Below are positions 50,201 through 61,704 of a stretch of 64,000 nucleotides of DNA, piece by piece (the stretch's first letter is position 1; every line of letters begins with the position of its first letter). Made by a program: the position numbers and the translations under genes. The notes under the pieces are model-generated. The model was given only the letters and a program-made list of their open reading frames with translations, did no database searches and was not told where the DNA came from. The stretch is from Rhizaria sp. SCN 62-66 (lineage: Eukaryota): the NCBI GenBank assembly GCA_001724265.1, contig MEDY01000061.1:1-64000 (forward strand), read 5' to 3'.

Positions 50201-53200
50201 AGGGGCGGCGCGGCGTCGTACGAAGCTAGCACCTCGTTTGTAAGGGCCAGCGCGAGCGCGATCGCCTCCCCCTTAGACATGGTATCGCTGGCGCCCTTAG
50301 AGCGGCTGTTATACCCGCTGCCCTTGGCGCGCACGTGCGCGGCGTGCAGCTGCTGCTTCTGCAGCAACATCAGCTGCCGCTGCTTGTACTCGGCGCGCTG
50401 CTTCTCGCGGCGCACTTGCTCCTGCTCCAGCTCCAGCTGCTGCTGCTGCACCGAGGTGAGCACCCACGATGTAAGTACCCGCACAAAGTGCGCGCTTTGC
50501 TCCTCCCAGCCGCTGACCTCGAGCTCCACCTCGGGCGCCACGGGCACTGCCGGCAGCGGCGTCGGCGCGTAGAACACACCTTTAGTCAAGCCGCCGGCGC
50601 CGCCGACGAGCCCGGGCACGGAGTACGCGCCCGCCGCGTGCGCGCTCGTGTACGCGGCCACGTGCCCGTTGTAAGGGTCCGGCAGCGGCGGCGCCGCGCG
50701 CGGGTGGCGCTTGACCTTGCTCTTACCGCCGCCGGCGTTAGAAGTGGCGCCTGCATTAGAGGCGCTGGGTCCGCTGACGCTGCCACTAGAGCCAGAGCCA
50801 GAGCCAAAGCCAGAGCCAGCGTTTGCAGTGGCGCTCGAGCTGGAGCTGGAGCGGCTGCGGCTACGGCTACGGCTACGGCTAATGCTGCGGCGGCCGCTCG
50901 TAGCGCCCGCGCCAGCGCCCGTGTTGTTGTTGGAGGATCTCGAGCGGCCAGAGCTGGAGCCCGTCGTCGCAGCATCGCCGTCGGCAGTGTTCGTGGTGCT
51001 TTCATTCTCATTCTCGTTTTCGTCGTCGGCCGCTGCCGCCGCCGCCGCGGCCGCGGCCGCCGTTGCAGCCGCGGCCGCCGCTGCCGCTGCTGCCGCGGCT
51101 GCGGCCGCTGCTTGCTCGGTCGCTTTGACCGCCGCCATTGTGGATTTGAGCAGCTTCTGGGTCAGCACCTGGCGGTCTAAGTATGCCGCGATGTAAGGAG
51201 GGCGCGCGTCTAAGTAGGACACCGCGGCGGTGGAGATGCTGCCGGCGCTGACACTGGGGATGTCTAAGGGGGCAGCGTTGCCGCTTCCACCTCCATTGCT
51301 ACCGCTGCCGCTGCCGCTGCTGCCTTGAGTGCCGACGCTGTTGGGGTGAGACAAAGTCAGGCCGCTCGCGGCATGATTCAACACAGAGCCCGCGTTGCTA
51401 CTCGAGGAGCTGGTGCTATTATAGCTACCGCCGTAGCCACTCGAGAATGAGCCCATACGCTGCAATTGGTACTGTTGCTGTTGCTGCTGTTGTTGCTGCT
51501 GCTGCTGCTCAGAGAGTGTCAGCGGAGGGGGACCGACGACGTGATACAAGCTACTCACATCCTGCTCGATGTCCCTGGGGCGGAAGTTAAGCCGCCCGCG
51601 CGTCCTCACTTCGAGCTCGAGCCCCAGCAGCCGTTGCGGCGGGGCACTGGACGCGGGCAGAAACGGCACGAACGCGGTCAGCGGCGCCAGAACCCCGCCG
51701 CTGCTGCCGCCGCTACTGGTGCCGCCGCCGCCGCCGGCGCTGCCGCTGCCGCCGCAGCCGCCGGCGAGGATGAGGGCGGTGGCCGCGTGCGTGGAGGCCG
51801 CGATAGCGCCTGTGGTGACCTTGGCGCTCGCGCTGGCGCCGGCGCCAGCGCTGGACAGACTGGAGTGGGTCAGCGCGAGCCTGCTGCTGCTGGTGCTGCC
51901 GTAGCCGCCGGTGCCGGCGCTGGCGCTCGTCTGGGTCAGGGTGGTGCTCACAACGACGCGCACGCGCAGCACGTCCGCCGTCGGCACGACGACCGTGTTG
52001 CATGTATACCCTTTGCCGGCGGCGGAACACATGGGACCCGCGCCCTGCTTGCTGCTCGTGATGGCGCTGCGACGGCTCTTGCTGCCGTGTTTGGCGCTCT
52101 TGTTGCCGCTCTTGTTGCGCTTGCGTGGGGACTTGGTGACGGTGGTTTGCTGAGCCGTCCAGAGGGGCAACGCACCCCAGTCAACGGCCATCACTCCACG
52201 GCGCTTGATTGCACTGGCGGCAGCAGTAGCATTCGCCTGAGCATGCGTAGCAGTGGGAATGGGGCCGGGATCAGTGGCCGCGTTGCCGTCGATGCCAATA
52301 TCCCCAACCTCCCCCGCAGCACTGCTACTGCTACTGCTACTTACACCGTTGCCCACGGAGGTACTTAGATCCTGCAGCCCCAGCTCTGCCTCGGCCTCAG
52401 CGGCCTCCACCTCGGCCTCGGCCTTGCCCGCGCAGCTCACCATCACGTGGGGCGGGTACGCCGCGACGACCGAGACGACGCGCACGTGCGCCGCGGGGGC
52501 GGCGCAGGCGGCAAGACTGAGCACGAAGCGGCGCGTCTGGCAGGCGCCGAAGCGCAGGTTCGTCGTGAGCTTGGACTCGGCTAAGGGGGTACTTACATCC
52601 GCGTGCGACAGCGACTTGCGCGAGAATCGCGACGACAACAGCGACGGCGAGGAGAGCAACAAGGTTGTCGGAGCGGTGCTGCTGTTGCTGCCAGCTGAAC
52701 TGTAGTTGCCGCCGCCGCTGCTGCTGTTGTTGTTGCCGTTGTTGCTTTGGTCAGTCTCGTCATCATTGTCACTGAGGATGTTGTCGTTTTCGTCGTCGTC
52801 GCTGCTGCCGTCGCCCTGATAGAGTTTGTGACTGCTGTTGCTGGTCAGCAGCAAGTGCTTCAGCGTCGTCTCGGTGTCTCCGTGGCCCAACAATGCAGTG
52901 TTCTTATTCTCACCGCCAGAGCCGCAGTCGCCGCCGCCGCCTTGGTCGTCGTGCGTGATCGTGAGGTTGTAGCGCGCGTCGGAGAACTCCACCGTCAGGC
53001 TGCGCATGGTAACCGCAAAGGGGAAGAACGAGGTGACCGTGAGCACGACGTCTAAGGGCCGGTACTGCGGCAGTGTAAGTACAACGGACCCGCCGCCCAG
53101 CCCCAGCAGCCCGCTGCTCAGCAGCACACTGCTGCTGCTGTTGTTGCTATAGCCCCCGACCCCGGCGCCGGCGCTGGCGCTGGTGTTGGAGTCCGAGGCC

Positions 53201-53450
53201 AGGAGGCGCGCTGCAGTGACGCCGGTACTCGCGGTACCGGTGGGGGAACCCGCGGTGCTGCTGCTGTTGCTGCTGCTGTTGTTGTTGAGGGGCGTGCGGG
53301 CAGGTGTGGCGGTGACATCGGTCGTGTCCGTGACGAGGGTGTAGGAGACCACGAGGAGGCCTGATGTGGCACCGTCCAGCACGACGATCGGCACAGTCGC
53401 AGCGGCGGCGGCGGCGGCGGCGGTGGCCGAGGCCGAGGCTGATGAGAGAA

Positions 53451-53488
<38 letters not shown>

Positions 53489-56400
53489 CGGCTGGTGGGT
53501 TCACTCTCATCGTCGTCGTCGCCGGCTAAGGGGGTACTTACATCGAGCGCGACAGACGTGTCACACTCGGCATCGACATCGGCAGCAGCCGCGTCCTTGT
53601 TGTAATCGTCGTCGTCGTCGTCTTCGTTGTCGTCGTCGCTGCCGTCTTGGGCGTTGTTGCTGCTGTTACTCGCATTGCTCGTGTAGTAGTAGTAGTCATC
53701 GTTGTCGCTGTCGCTAAACAACGCCTCGTCGGTCGTAGTCGCCGCAGAGGTCGTCGATGCGCTTCCCCCCTTGCTAGAGGTACTTAGACTCAACCCCTTA
53801 ACCTTGGATTCCTTGCTACTGCTGCTCTGGCCGCCCTTGCTATTGTTGTTGTTGTTGTTGTTCAGCTTCTTGAGCTTATGCTCGAGGTACCCCTTAGACG
53901 CGTGCAAGTGAAGGGGCGCCAGCAGCAGCCGCGCGGCATCCCACCGCTTTTCCTGAGTCAACTGGCAGTGCGGCGCAAGAATATCAACCAGGAACCTCTG
54001 ACCCCTTACAGTCGGAGTACTTACATTGCCAGGACTCGTACTCGCAGCACCGCCCGAAGCAGAGTCTCTCAGCTGAGGAGCCGTCGCGCTTTCATGTTTC
54101 TCTCGCTCCCGCTCTTGATTTTGCTGATGGAGAGCGAGCATGGCGTTGAGCCGCTGCTGCTTCTGCACCGCGACGATGCACAGCGCAGCCTCCCAGAGCA
54201 CCGGCGTGAGGACCGGCCACCACCGCTCTCCGCGGTAGGCCGGCACGACGCGGTCGAAGAACTGCAGTGCAGCAGAAGGGCGGCCTAACTTCCTGTGCTC
54301 TCTGCCGATCGCGGCGGCCACGAGGAGCACGCGGCGCGGCGCGCGTTCGCGGGTGAAGCACTCGTACGCGTGTGTGTAGAGCGTCGTGACGCGCTGGTTG
54401 AGCAGTCCCGAGGTGAAAGCGGCGTGCTCGACCGAGATGACCGTGCGCAGCAGCCGCGTGTCGCTGTGGTGGGCCGGAGTCAGCGGGGTCGCGGGGACGC
54501 CGCAAAGTAAGGCCGCCGGCAGCGGCAAGGGGGCACTTACACTGGCACTTAGATTACTGGCGATGGCGGAGGTGGTGGGGGGCTGTGGGATGACCGCGGG
54601 GCCGCCTAAGTACTGCGGCAGGAGTAAGTGGTTCGAATCCAAGGGGGCGTACTCGAGTGTAAGTAGCTTCGCGCACAGCGCGGCGGCGGCGGCGCGGCGC
54701 TCGGACGCCAATTCAGCCGCCCTTTGATACGCCAGACCGGCGGTAATCAACCCGCTGACGCCGCCGCCGGCGCCTGACGCGGCGCTGAGACTGCCCCCGG
54801 TCCCCGCATTGCGCTGCCCCTGCGCCCCCTGCTGCCCCGCGCCGCCCCCCTGAGTCCCGGCGGAACCCATGCCCCCACCGGTCCCGCCGGCCGCACCGGC
54901 GCCCGCGCCCGCGCCCGCACCCGCGCCGCCGCCGCCACCGCCGACGCCAATGCTCATGCGGGTGTTGCCACCGGCCAGATTGGCGCTGCTAGCGGAGTTG
55001 CTGAGCTGGTTGCCGCCGCTGCCGCCGCTGCCGCTGCCGCCGCCGCTGTTGCTCTGGCCGAGAGCGCTGCTGCTGCTGTTGTTGTAGCGGTGGTGGTCCT
55101 CGAGGAGGCGGCCCAACACGGCGTACGCCAGCGACTGCGAGCCCAGCGCGTGCGGCCTCAGCGCGGCGGGGCCGGAGTAGTGCTTGTACACGCTCAAGTG
55201 CATGTCGAAGTGGCTGATCGCGGCGGCCACGCCGACCAGCCGCAGCCGCAGACGGCAGATGCGCGCGGTGAGCAGCATCGCGACAGCGCGCGCCTCGGTG
55301 GCCGCGGCCGAGTCGAAGCGCACGGGCATCACACGCAGCTGCTCGTAGGCCAGCTCGTACGACCGCAACGCCTGCGCAGCAGAAGGAGCAAAGCAAGATG
55401 ATAAGGGGGGATAAGAGGGAAATGTCGATACAAGTGAGATTTGAAGACATAGATGTGATGACAGCAGAATAGAATAAGAGATATTACAAATAACAAGAAA
55501 TAACAGTTAAATAGATTATGCTGACATTGTAGACGAGCGTTATCTTTGTTATATTAAGAGGCAACGTTAGCGTACCTGGCCCAGCTCTCCGCTCGCCTCG
55601 AGCCAGTGGCCCAGCTTGAACTGGTACCGGATCGACAACTTCGGCTGCGCTGTCTTCGAGAGGCGGTCGCGGTCGATCTTGACGCCCTTGACGCGCGCAC
55701 GTGCAGCCGCGGCGGCGACGTCGCAGATGATCGAGTCGAACTTAAGTAACGCCGCCTGGGTGACGGCGGTGGTGTCGCAGACGCTCACGGTCACCAGCGT
55801 CCTAATTTACAAACAAAAGTACAAAATTGGGGGGATAGCACAGCAGGAAATGTGAGAAATGAGGGAACATATACGAAGTAGCACTAACTAGACAACGTTG
55901 CATTGACCGAAGGAAACATCACCAAGTTAGCTTCGTAAAGCGCTGTCAAACCAGTCTAAGGGTGATATAGCGGTAGTACTTACCGGGGATCGATGCCGAG
56001 CTGCTTCAGAGCAGGGCTGTTGGCCAGGCGAGAGAGCAAAAACTCCGGTGACAGCGTCGTGCCGGGGGTGTGGGCAGCGGCAGAACCTGAGAGAAGACAT
56101 AAGATATAACAAACACACAGGCAAAAGAATTAAAGGTGAGATTTTTTGACATAAATTGCGAGGGAAATATCATATCATCGACATCAAATACGATTTATAT
56201 GGATTCATGCCAATATCCATCAATCGATCGCAAATTGTTTGTTTTAGTGCGAAACGTACCGGGGGGAAGCAGCGACGCGCCCAGGGGGCTGTTGGTGGGG
56301 ATCGCACCCAGGGGCGGGAAGTCACGCACACTGTTGTTGTTCGCATTGTTACTACCACTGAGCAAGTAGTTGCTGCTGCTGTTGCCCTTGCTCGCGGCCG

Positions 56401-57865
56401 CGGCGGCGCTCTTGGGGTTCGCGACGGGCCGCATGCCGCCGAGAGCGACGGACTCGTAGTCGCCTTCCTCTTGCTCACCTGTTGAAATGAATAAAAGAGT
56501 ACATTTGACGGTATATATGAGAAGATGTGCATATGAAACTAGACTATACAATTGTGTACATGTAATTGCATCTCAAAATTGGAATTCATCATTATAAATA
56601 AAGATATAATCATCAAAGCGGCCGTACCGATCGCGAGCGTGATGCCCTGCTTGGCCCGCGCGGTGGCCTTCGCAACGGCCTCCTTGTTGTTGGAGCGCAC
56701 TGCGCAAATGACCGTGGCAAACTCGCGCGTGGGGTTGAGCGCCCTAAAGGTCGTCACGGTCATGATGAGCGCGTGCTCCTGGCTCTCGAACGTGGCATTG
56801 TGGTCGAAGTTGACGAGAAAGCACACGACGTCTGGGATGACGCGTGTGTGCTTATACAGCCAGTCAAACGGGACCAGTCCTGCGGGCTCGAACAGCTCGA
56901 TCGCGGCGCGCTTCGGCTTGGCCGAGGGCAGTGAGGCCGTGGGGGCCATGGTTCGCAAAAAATACCGCGCCGGGTACGGTGATGCGGGGGTTTGAGCGTT
57001 GGCCGCGTTGGCGCCTCCCTGGCCGCTGCCCCTCGCAACGACGGCGTTGGTGGAGCTTGCGCTGCCCGGGGCGCCGACATTGCCCGCGGTGGCGCCGGCG
57101 CTGTTGCTGTAGTTGTAGGCCGAGTAGCTGGTCGACAGCGCGGCCGAGAACGTGTTGGCCATCGCAGCGCTGGGCGCGACGAGGGCCACCAACGGCAGCG
57201 AGACCGAGACGAGCTGCGATGTGGACAGCTCGCCGACGCAGGCGTACGCGGCGAGCGGCGCAGAGTACGAGCTAAACAGCGGAGTACTCGTGGCCAGAGG
57301 TGCCGTCGCGGCCGCGGCCAGTGTCGCAGTTACCGGGGAGGCCGCAGAGGCCGCCGAGGCAGAATAGGACGACGCGTCCGAGGGGGAAGTTAGGCCGCCC
57401 AGCCCGTGTAAAGGGGTGCTTAGACTGAGGTAGGACATGTCGGGGTCGGCGTCAGCGGCGGCAGCAGCTGCGGCAGCAGCAGCCAACGCAGCCGCGGTGT
57501 ACTTAGCGTCAGCCTCAGCCTTCTTGGCCTTGGCCTCGGCCTCCGTCTCGGCTTCTGCAGTAGCCTTTGCACCCGTTGCAGTCGTCGCCGCAGCTGTCTC
57601 AGTCGCAGCTCCTTCGTTAGCGTCATTGCTACTGCTACTGCTGCTGCTGCTGCTGCTGCTGTCGGTGCTGCTGTTGCTGTTGTTGTTGTTGTTGTTAGTT
57701 TGGGGCAAAGGTGCGGGTTGCGGTAGGAAAAACACCCCTGAGCCGGCCCCTGAGCCCGCCGCCGCCGCAGCCGCCGCCGCCGCCGCGGCCGCCGCCGCCG
57801 CTGTAGTCGGAGAGGTGGCCGCGTTGGGGGGCGCGAACGAGAGCCTGTTGTTGGCCGCCGCCGCT

Positions 57866-57912
<47 letters not shown>

Positions 57913-58670
57913 CGCGTTGGTAGGAGCATTCGGATTGGCGGTCGAGGCAGCGCTGTTGGGGTTGGGGTTGGTGTGTAGGGGAGGGCGGCTTAAGTTTGGA
58001 GGGGGCAAACGGCCTCCGCCTTGCTGTTGCTGTTGCTGTTGCTGCTGGCTACTTACACTCGTGCCGACACTGAAGCCCCGACCTGCAGCGTTGTTGTTCC
58101 CAGAAGCAGCAGCGGCAACAGCAGCAGTTGCGTTGTTGCTGGTGGCAGTTACACTTAGACCGCTGTTGTAAGGGGCCGGACTGGGGGGCAGCACGGGCTG
58201 GCCCCGGCTGAAGTTGTACGGGCCCGGCGACGAGGGGTAGTACTTAGACTTGCTCGAGGTACTTACATCGGCCTCCGCAGACTGCGCAGGCGCGGGCATG
58301 GGGGCCGGGATGAGGCCGCCAGCAGCAGCGGCAGCACTTACATCAGCACTTACATCGCCGGCAGTGTAAGTAGGCGCGGCCGCGTCAGTGGTGCTTGCGG
58401 CGGTGTTGTTCGCGCCAGAAACGGGCGCAAAGCTCGTGTAAGAAGCAGACCGGGTCATGCTCGTGCTGCTGCTCCCGCTCGCACTCGCATGTCCCTGTGC
58501 CTGTGTCGGCGCCTGGGTACTTAGATTGGCAGTCTGGGTACTAACCCGCGTGGCCAGTTGGGGCGACTGCTGGTCAGTGAAGGCTGCGAGGGAAAGGGCC
58601 TCAGTCGCAACGGAGGACGACGATGACAGGGGAGAGAAGGTGTCGCTCGGGCTCGCAGCAATAGAAGCAG

Positions 58671-58702
<32 letters not shown>

Positions 58703-59376
58703 GCCGCAGTCTCCGCAGGAGCGGTGTTGTCGTCGCCACCGTCAAAATCGCCGTCGCCGTCGTCTTCGTTGTTGCTCAGGACTCCCAATGGCGTCTCCAG
58801 CAGCGATAAACTCTCCTTCGTGGCCGTGATCGGGCTGAATAGCCCGCTGTTGCCACCGCCCGTGGCAGCGGCGGAAGTGTTTGCACCCGCACTCGCACTC
58901 TGGCTCGCGCTGATGCTACCAGGAGTGAGAGCGTTGACACTGATGCCCGCGGCGGCGGCGGCGGTGTTGTTAGCGGAGGTGAAAAGAGTGTCTGCGAACG
59001 AGTGTGCGCTCGTGATGCTCACTACATCAGCAACAGCGCTCACATTAGCACTGTTGGCAATGTTATCGCTGTTGCTGTAATTGTTGTTGAGATTGTTGCG
59101 ACTGTTGTTGCTGTTGTCTGTGTCGGCGTGTGTGGGCTCGAACAGCGAGTCGATGTCCGCGCGGCTTGCCTTGACGGCGCCACCAAACAGCATCGTCGGC
59201 GCACTCGCACCAGCGCCAGCTCCCACAGCGGCAGAGCTGGCGGCTACACTGGCGTTTACACTGGCGTTGGCGTTGTTGTCATCGTCGTGGTGACCGGTGA
59301 GAGAAAAGGGCTTTTGCGAGAAGTAGTTGCGCTCGTCGTCGTCGCTGCCGTCGCCGGGGAAATGGTTAGAAGACAT
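47296..59376 (-). CDS. TRAPPC11: TRAPP III subunit TRAPPC11 (foie gras), inflated to about 3790 aa, 5 exons
   Basis: Exons 59376-56628, 56478-56260, 56086-55984, 55801-55576 and 55371-47296 (total 11373 nt, divisible by 3). Motifs: PAGLVPFDWLYKHTRVIPDVV, IRYQFKLGHWLE, ALRSYELAYEQL, AISHFDMH and YRGERWWPVL. Ends in TAA. Confidence 0.85.
57863..57908. repeat. (GCA)n microsatellite encoding polyalanine in TRAPPC11 exon 1
   Basis: Uninterrupted trinucleotide run directly visible. Confidence 0.9.
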
Positions 59377-60322
59377 AAGCAGGTATACACGGGGCGTTGG
59401 TGTCTGCACGTGTTATCTATAGCTGTTGTAGCTGCTGTTCGTGAAGCAGTTGCCAGTAAGTTACTGTTCAGAGTAGTCTTATCGGCAAAGCCTGTAGCAC
59501 TAGCAAAGTCACTGGTGCAACAACAAGATCACAATAAAACGCTTGATTAGAGCACTGGCAATGTGTAGGCAAAAGAAAACACAGAAAACGGGAGCACCGG
59601 CGAGAACTAGAGCTCGCGTTAGTGGGCTGTTGCTTTCCACGATCCGAGTCGCCTGACGTTGCCTTTTAGCGAGTCAGCACTGCGCAGTGACAACCGTTGT
59701 AGACGCTGTAGTCACTCCGCGCAGTCGACGCTGGGTCTGGCTAGCGGGGGTTGGTGTGCTTGCGCGCAACAAAGAGCGCGGGGGCTGAGCGAGGAGAGGC
59801 ACGCGGTCAGTGTGGCGATGGGCAGCGGGGTGAAGAGAGGGGGAATCGGCGTGAGGATATGAAGACCAAAACGGACACAGATACAAAATAAAAAAAGGCA
59901 CCATTTAGCAACCCAAATAATCCTTCTATATAGCCCGGAATTTATCAAAGTGACAAACAAATTTGCTCAATACAGGTTCCTAAACTTGCTCTCAAAATCA
60001 CCATCATCATCGCTTGGTTGGTCGTCGGCCGACTGGCAGGGTCTGGTTCCCAAAAATTCGCCGACAGCGGAACGCTCGGCACTCGTGTCTGATACAAAAA
60101 TACGTACCCTACGTCATAGAAACGATGATAAGAAAGAAACGTTTCATCTTCCAATATATGAATGTGAGAGAATTTCCAGACTGCAATATAACATATGTTC
60201 ACGACGATTCTGCGCACGATTCTTTGCTGCAAAGCCACTCAATTGCACCTTATGTCATCTCCCTCTTTATTCTTTATCGCCTACATATCCGCCTGCGTAA
60301 CTCATGTTGCCTTTGCCAGTAC

Positions 60323-61203
60323 ATGTCGACAGAGTCATCATCGAGTCTTTCTGTTGTAGAGTGTCAGGCTTTCTTCCAGTCAACTGTGGACGCTCTGCGG
60401 TCCGGCCAACTCGAGCTTCCGGTTGAGCTCGCACCGGGGCAGGTCACCGCAACTTGCAAGCTCCCCGAATATGGCTTGGCCCCAATGCCTGGCACACCTG
60501 CTATGCCATGTGGTGCTAAGCTTGTTGCCACTAAGGATACATTTCTTCTTATGGCGCATATCGAGGCGATTCACGAGTCTATCAAGCTTGGTAGCGTCAG
60601 CCCGTGGTCGACCAACGAACACTTCAATCAAATCGCTACTAACGCCGCTAAAGACGCCATTATGCTCGATGAATGCGGTTTCTGCGCTCATTCACTTGTC
60701 ACAGCCAACGTTGGCCACCTCATCTACCCTGGTGCAATAGTCACAACAAGTTCCAAGTCACGCGGCAAGTCCGCCGCCATCAGCTTCGCAATCCTTCGAC
60801 TCATCGCGAAGGACACGCCTGTTGTGATTCACTTCGCCGGTGATCGCACGTCTACGTAGCCAACGTTAACAACGGTAACGGCAGGGTTGAAGTGCACACT
60901 ATGAGCGGGGAAAATGCGAAAGCACCTGCGCATATCCTCGCCGCCGTCAAGAGCCGTGGCACGGTCTATTTCTACGATCCTGCTGAAGCGTCTCAGTCCA
61001 AGACGGGGGCAGGCAAGGACTTGCTAGAGGCCGCGTGTACCGTGATTTCCGCACCGCCAGCAAAGAGCATGTGCTACTCTGGATTCTATAGCCTCCCGCT
61101 GTTGAATCTGCACTTGTACGACATGAGTGACGAAGAGTTTGGCAGTGTCGCTCGCCCCGACAGGGTCAGTGACACGCACATGTACACTGCGAAGAACTTC
61201 TGA
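60323..61203 (+). pseudogene. Frameshifted remnant of a Crinkler/RHS-type P-loop NTPase gene
   Basis: GAIVTTSSKSRGKSAAISFAILRLIAKDTPVV is a degenerate Walker A plus helix. After an apparent 1-nt frameshift near 60845-60850 the protein continues VYV...TVYFYDP (Walker B-like) and TVISAPP. Codon usage is unlike the neighbouring genes, and the end is truncated. Confidence 0.5.
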
Positions 61204-61704
61204 AGTACTCATGCGATAACCCGCCGCTAGAACTCATGGCTGTTTGCGGCGGAACAGACAATGTAACAAGGGAATGCCGCCGTAGTCATTTGGTGTCCGT
61301 CCGATCGCATCGGGGTCAGGCTGTACGTCTCAAAACGCAAACGTACCATAAACGAGTGAGTCAGTTATATAGTGCTGGTGTTGTCACATAGAAACGTTAA
61401 TTTGTGATAATCGTTGAATTTTAAGCTTTATAGGCGCAGAAGCTGTATCATATTTTGCGGTACTGGATTTTCTTTAATTTTGTTGGCCTGTACCTCGACG
61501 CGCTCAATATGTGGCAGTATTCGCAGCTCTACCCATGATTGTTATTTCGTTAAAACAAAAGCTTTGTATTTCGTCCGCAGGTAACCTAACTAAACCTGAG
61601 TTCAAATGGCCAGCCTAGCCAGTGCTTATACAACGCAACAACTAAATCAACAGCATAAACACACAGCAAGTGCACTGCAATAGCTCTCCTCAAAGGCGCA
61701 CATT

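Noticed and set aside
10135-53541. Iterated palindrome as a CRISPR array
   Set aside because: The copies are dispersed irregularly inside eukaryotic exons, with no regular spacers and no cas genes.
54630-54640. GGTTCGAATCC B-box suggesting a tRNA gene
   Set aside because: The flanks do not form a full T-stem or cloverleaf, and it lies antisense within the TRAPPC11 exon. I found no tRNA gene in the window.
60857-60859. TAG as a true terminator or a sixth recoded codon
   Set aside because: It lies just after an apparent frameshift in a degraded gene, and readthrough meets TGA at 60902. It is uninformative for the code.
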